A DNA stretch of 64,000 nucleotides from Eledone cirrhosa (Eukaryota): NCBI GenBank assembly GCA_964016885.1, contig OZ024742.1, positions 283,092,001-283,156,000 on the forward strand, read 5' to 3'. Of this stretch, positions 59,600-64,000 are shown one piece after another; position 1 is the first letter of the stretch, and each line of letters begins with the position of its first letter. A program made the position numbers and the translations under genes. The notes under the pieces are model-generated. The model saw nothing but the letters and a program-made list of their open reading frames with translations, ran no database searches and was not told where the DNA came from.

Positions 59600-59860
59600 T
59601 TTCAAGATGGTAGGGTGGGTTTTGAGGGAAAGTTTGGCTGCAATTTCTAACACAATGAATGACCTAGTTGATGGTGCTTTTAATTGGCTACAGTAGAAAG
59701 AAATATGATAATACTTAAGAATATATTAAATCTTGATAGCTAAGTATACATTATCTAAAGTGCTCACCTTACACACACATTAGGGTGGAATTTGAGTGAG
59801 AGGTATGGCTGCTATTTATGCCACATTGAGTGACTTAGTAGATGGTACCTTTAGATGGCT
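59600..59860 (-). repeat. Old interspersed repeat (GCTAGAAATAGCAGCCAAATCTCCCTCAAA consensus), two copies
   Basis: Related copies near 11550, 23115, 41740, 44385, 49345, 52690, 52915 (+) and 60685 (-); class unknown. Confidence 0.6.
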
Positions 59861-59994
59861 TAATGGAAATATAATAATACTGAATCTTTATAGCTAAGAT
59901 TACATCTAAACTGCCCATCAAACCCACTCACATACACCCACAGTTTATTTTCCACATGGTGTTTTTAATTGGAAGAAATGTAATAATATTATTT

Positions 59995-60595
59995 TCTAAT
60001 TTTGCCACAAAGCCAGCAGTTGTAGGGTGGGGAAATTCAATTATATCAACCCCAGTATTTTACTGGTATTTTATTTTACCAACTCCAGAAAGGTGAAAGG
60101 AAAAAAACCTGAACGAATATCACAATGGTATTTTATCCAACACTCCACCAATTCTGCCAATCTCCTACTCTGAAGAAGTCTAATAATGGTTTCTGATTTA
60201 GGTACAAGGCCAACCATTTTGGGGAGGAAAAAGTTGATTAAATTGACCCTAGTGCTTTACTGATACTTTATTTTATCGACTCCATAAGGATGAAAGACAA
60301 ATTTTACTTCAGCAGGATTTGAACTCAGAATGTAAAGGGCCGTAACTATGTGTTGCAAAGCATGTTATCTGACGCTCTACTAATACTGCCAAACCGCACT
60401 CTAATAATAATAATTGTTTCTACTTTTGGCACAAGGCCAGCAATTACCCCAGTGCATTACTAGTGCTTTATTTTATCAACCCCATAAGGATGAAAGGCAA
60501 AGTTAACCTCGGCAGGATTTTAACTCAGAACGTAAAGAGCCATAACTCTATGCTGCAAAGCATGGTCTCTGACGCTCTACCGATACTGCAAATCC
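59995..60595 (-). mobile_element. Three head-to-tail SINE family A copies
   Basis: Units ~59995-60170, 60187-60400 and 60413-60595, separated by (TAA)n. Confidence 0.85.
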
Positions 60596-61374
60596 TCATA
60601 ATAACAATACTAATACTTGTAAATATATAAGAACACGTGATCTTTATAACTTTTTTCCCTCAAGACGTTTGAGTGTATGTAATTTGAGGGAGTTATTTGG
60701 CTGCTATTTTTGCAGGAACAATGACCTAGTAGATACTGTCTTTAGCTGGGAAGAAGTATAATAATAATAATCATAGTTGTAATAATACTAATAACAATAA
60801 TAATGTTTGCGAATAAATTAGGACCTGTGATCTTTAAGACAAGTAGTCTGCTGATAATAGCTTCCAAGACACTTCAATCACCATCAATTTCAGTTAACAG
60901 TGGAGGGGAGGATGGAATTTAATTTGTTGTTGTTATTGGTGGTTTTGTTACTGTAGTCATTATTATTATTGTTGTTGGTGATGGTGATGGTGGTATCATT
61001 GTTGTTGTTGTTAATGTTGCTTTTGCTGTTATTCTTGTCACCATCAACATATCTTTGTCGTTGTTGTTGTTGCTGCTGCTATTGTAGTTGTTGCTGTTGT
61101 TGTAGTCGTTATTGTTGTTGTTGTTGTTGTTGAAGTCGTTATTATTGTTGTTGTCACTGTTGTTGTTGTATGACCTCAGTCAACTCTAATTGAGATTTAT
61201 TTCTCATCGAAACCCAAACAATTAAGATGTTACTATTTGCATTGGTTCTGATAATTCCTAACCATTCTTTTCGTTGTTGTTGTTGTTGTTGTTATTTTTC
61301 TTGATTGTGGTGGAAGAGGTGGTGATGGTGGTGGTGGTATTATATTATTGATATTGTTGATCTTTTCCTTTTAT

Positions 61375-61475
61375 CCTTTAATTATTGTTTTTTTTTTTTT
61401 GTTTCTTTCTTTTATTTACAGGTAAGTTCATGCTGGAGTTTTTCAATTGAATCTTTTCTACAAAGAAAGGTCAGT
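61375..61475 (+). promoter_or_regulatory. Candidate recursive splice site (3'ss fused to 5'ss) with 48-nt cryptic exon
   Basis: ~35-nt pyrimidine tract, TTTACAG|GTAAGT (AG 61420-61421), downstream AAG|GTCAGT at 61470 and 61492. Confidence 0.55.
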
Positions 61476-61536
61476 CAACGTTTTGTTGAAGGTCAGTTGT
61501 GAAGAAAGAACAAAATCTCTCTCTCACTCCCCCTTG

Positions 61537-61591
<55 letters not shown>

Positions 61592-61846
61592 TATCACTCT
61601 TGACTTTCCAATACTGTTACTGCTGCTGCTGCTGATTTCATGTGAGATTATATATACATATTTATATATAATATATATATAATATATATATATAATATAT
61701 ATATATAATATATATATAATATATATATATAATATAAATAATATATATTTATAATATATATATAATATATATATATAATATATATATTGTATATATACAT
61801 AATATATATATATATAATATATATATTGTATATATACATAATATAT

Positions 61847-63132
61847 TTCATTTCATTTCATTTCATTTGAGTTTGAGTCCATGCTCAGGCCAAGTCGAAG
61901 ACTCCACCCTCAGAGTCTGGTGTGGTTGCCAGGTTGGATTCTCTGTTTAATTTTGACATGTGTAGGAGCGAGTTTGAGTCAGTTTGTGCTCGTTGTGTAT
62001 ATCCTGGGAGATGGGGTTCATCTCTAATGGTGCTTAAGTATCTATCCAGCTGCAATTTGAATGATTCCACACTGCATCCTGATAGATTTCTGACATGTAC
62101 CGGAATGGAGTTGAATAGTTGTGTCCCTCTAACCAACAGACTTGACTCTCGCAGGGTTTTTGCTGCCTGGCCAGCCCCTTTGTTGATTGGTGGTAGCTGG
62201 CAGCGTCTTCCGTGGCGCAGTGAGTGGTAGGTTTTGATACCAAAGTTTGGCACCTTTTGCTCTATCATTTTCCAAATGTATATAATTCGGTATCGCTCAA
62301 ATCTTCTTTCTATTGAGTACATCTTCAAGGTTCTGAGTCTTTGCCAATAGTCCAGGTCCCTCGTTTCTGAGAAGTATGAGGTAAAATTTCTTTGGAGCGA
62401 TTCCATCTTAGATAGTTGGCCCTTTGTTGTTGTTGGTGACCACAACTGAGAACAGTAGTCAATCCTCGGAAGTATCATACTGTTCCAGAGGGTTTTCATT
62501 GTTGAGGTATCTCTTGATTTGAAGGTGCGCAAGATCCACCCGCTGTACTTTCTTGCAGTAAGACAGACTGAGTCAAGGTGTTCTCTGAATTTTAGGCTGG
62601 TTCCCATGTGGATGCCTAAATCTTTCACACACTGTTTTTCCATTATTTGTTGTCCTGATGGGTTTCTGTAGTTTGTTGTATTTTTCAGATCTTGATCTGT
62701 TCCGTAGCGAATTAGTTCAAACTTCTTATCATTGAACAACATGTTGTTTGTTTCCTGCCATTTGTATATGGTGGTTAGGTCCTTTTGTAAGGCCTCTGTA
62801 TCCACCTCGTCTTTGATTTGTCTCATGACCCTGGTGTCATCAGCAAAGGATGAGACGTTGCTGGTTGTATCTTCATCTATGTCAGAGATGAGGATGAGAA
62901 ACAGGATCGGGCCGAGTACTGTACCCTGAGGAACACTGCTGGTCACAGGTGATGGTGTTGAATGGGTTCCATTCACAGTGACTGTTTGAGTTCTATTTGT
63001 AAGGAACTCATGTATCCATGTACCAACTTTTCCTCCTACTCCTAGCTTTCGAAGTTTGTGTCCCAGGATGCCATGATCTACCTTGTCAAATGCCTTGGCA
63101 AAGTCGAGGTAAATAACATCTGTGTTGTATCC
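61847..63132 (-). mobile_element. Young 5'-truncated CR1-type LINE, RT ORF open 63132-61885
   Basis: VIYLDFAKAFDKVDH...SVPQGTVLGPILFLI.I.D...FADDT...VKDLG...PRIDYCSQLWSP; very short 3'UTR with (TGAAA)n tail; flanked by TA-rich repeats. Confidence 0.95.
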
Positions 63133-63394
63133 ATATATATATATATATATATATATAATATTCTGTTCAATGTTAAAATCAAAAACTATCTCCGGTTATT
63201 ATCATATAGAATACGAAATAAAATTTGGGGCTGGTTCTTCTGAAAATGGACTTGGAAACAATTCTGCTATTAATACTGATTCAACCTCAAAACCATTTAA
63301 CGTCAATATGTTAGATGAAACTAACTTAAATTCTACTTTTCAGGTACAAAATCATACAGATAAAATGATATACATAATATATATATATATATAT

Positions 63395-63871
63395 CATCAT
63401 CATCATCATCATCATTTACGTCCGCTTTTCCCTGCTTGCAAGGGTGGGACGGGTCTTATTCAGCACAGCATCTCTCCACTCGTCACGGTCCTTCGTCATC
63501 TACACAGTGAGCTTCAATGATCTGAGGTCTGTTCTCACCACCTCCGCCCATGTTTTTCGTGGTCTACCTCTACCACGTCTTCCTTCAACTGGCATTTCCT
63601 GGCACTTCTTCACCCATCGGTCATCCTCCATGCGCATCACATGTCCATACCACCTCAGTCTCCTCTCCCGTACACTACATTCTATCCCTCTCAGACACAG
63701 TTTCTCTCTCAACACATTTATGCTGGGTCGTTCACGCACATTTACACTGCACATCCAACGGAGCATGCTTGCCTCATTTCTCTCCAGCCGTCGCATATCC
63801 TCTGCAGTTGCTGCCCATGTCTCACAACCATGCAGCATCGCGCTCCTCACACAGGCATCATACAACCGGCC
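63395..63871 (-). mobile_element. 5'-truncated RTE LINE, short-UTR subfamily
   Basis: YDACVRSAMLHGCETW...[12 protein letters not shown]...RGRGRPRKTW; (GAT)n tail; TA-flanked. Confidence 0.93.
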
Positions 63872-64000
63872 TATATATATATATATAATAGAATCAACTG
63901 CCCAATGGCTCAGCTTAAACTATTTTCATAGTAAAATCTATTTTGCTATCAAAACAGTTTACGTTTAGTCATCAAGTAAGTAGTTCCTATAATAATATCT

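Overview
AT-rich, microsatellite-saturated animal non-coding DNA. The SINE families and repeat landscape resemble octopus/cephalopod genomes (inference from memory, not verified). No host protein-coding exon is supported, and almost all ORFs in the track are microsatellite artefacts. Real coding remnants are all retroelements: 5'-truncated RTE LINEs, one young CR1-type RT ORF, two decayed CRE-type restriction-like-endonuclease ends and a decayed Penelope-like (PLE) RT. There are also two tRNA-headed SINE families, Tc1/mariner-type and piggyBac-type MITEs and a long-TIR element. The main hidden signal is a set of type I hammerhead ribozyme motifs: about 8 complete or near-complete, plus several 3' halves. 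They sit in short cassettes inserted in (TA)n tracts, often as fold-back inverted repeats, which fits PLE pseudo-LTR/retrozyme-like elements. One is a 206-bp-arm palindrome with a full hammerhead on each strand, and three cores differ from consensus only at position 4. Separately, a strong AG|GTAAGT junction at 61421 with a donor 48 nt downstream is a candidate recursive-splicing site, suggesting the window lies in a giant + strand intron. Folds were worked out by eye; ribozyme activity and splicing are untested.
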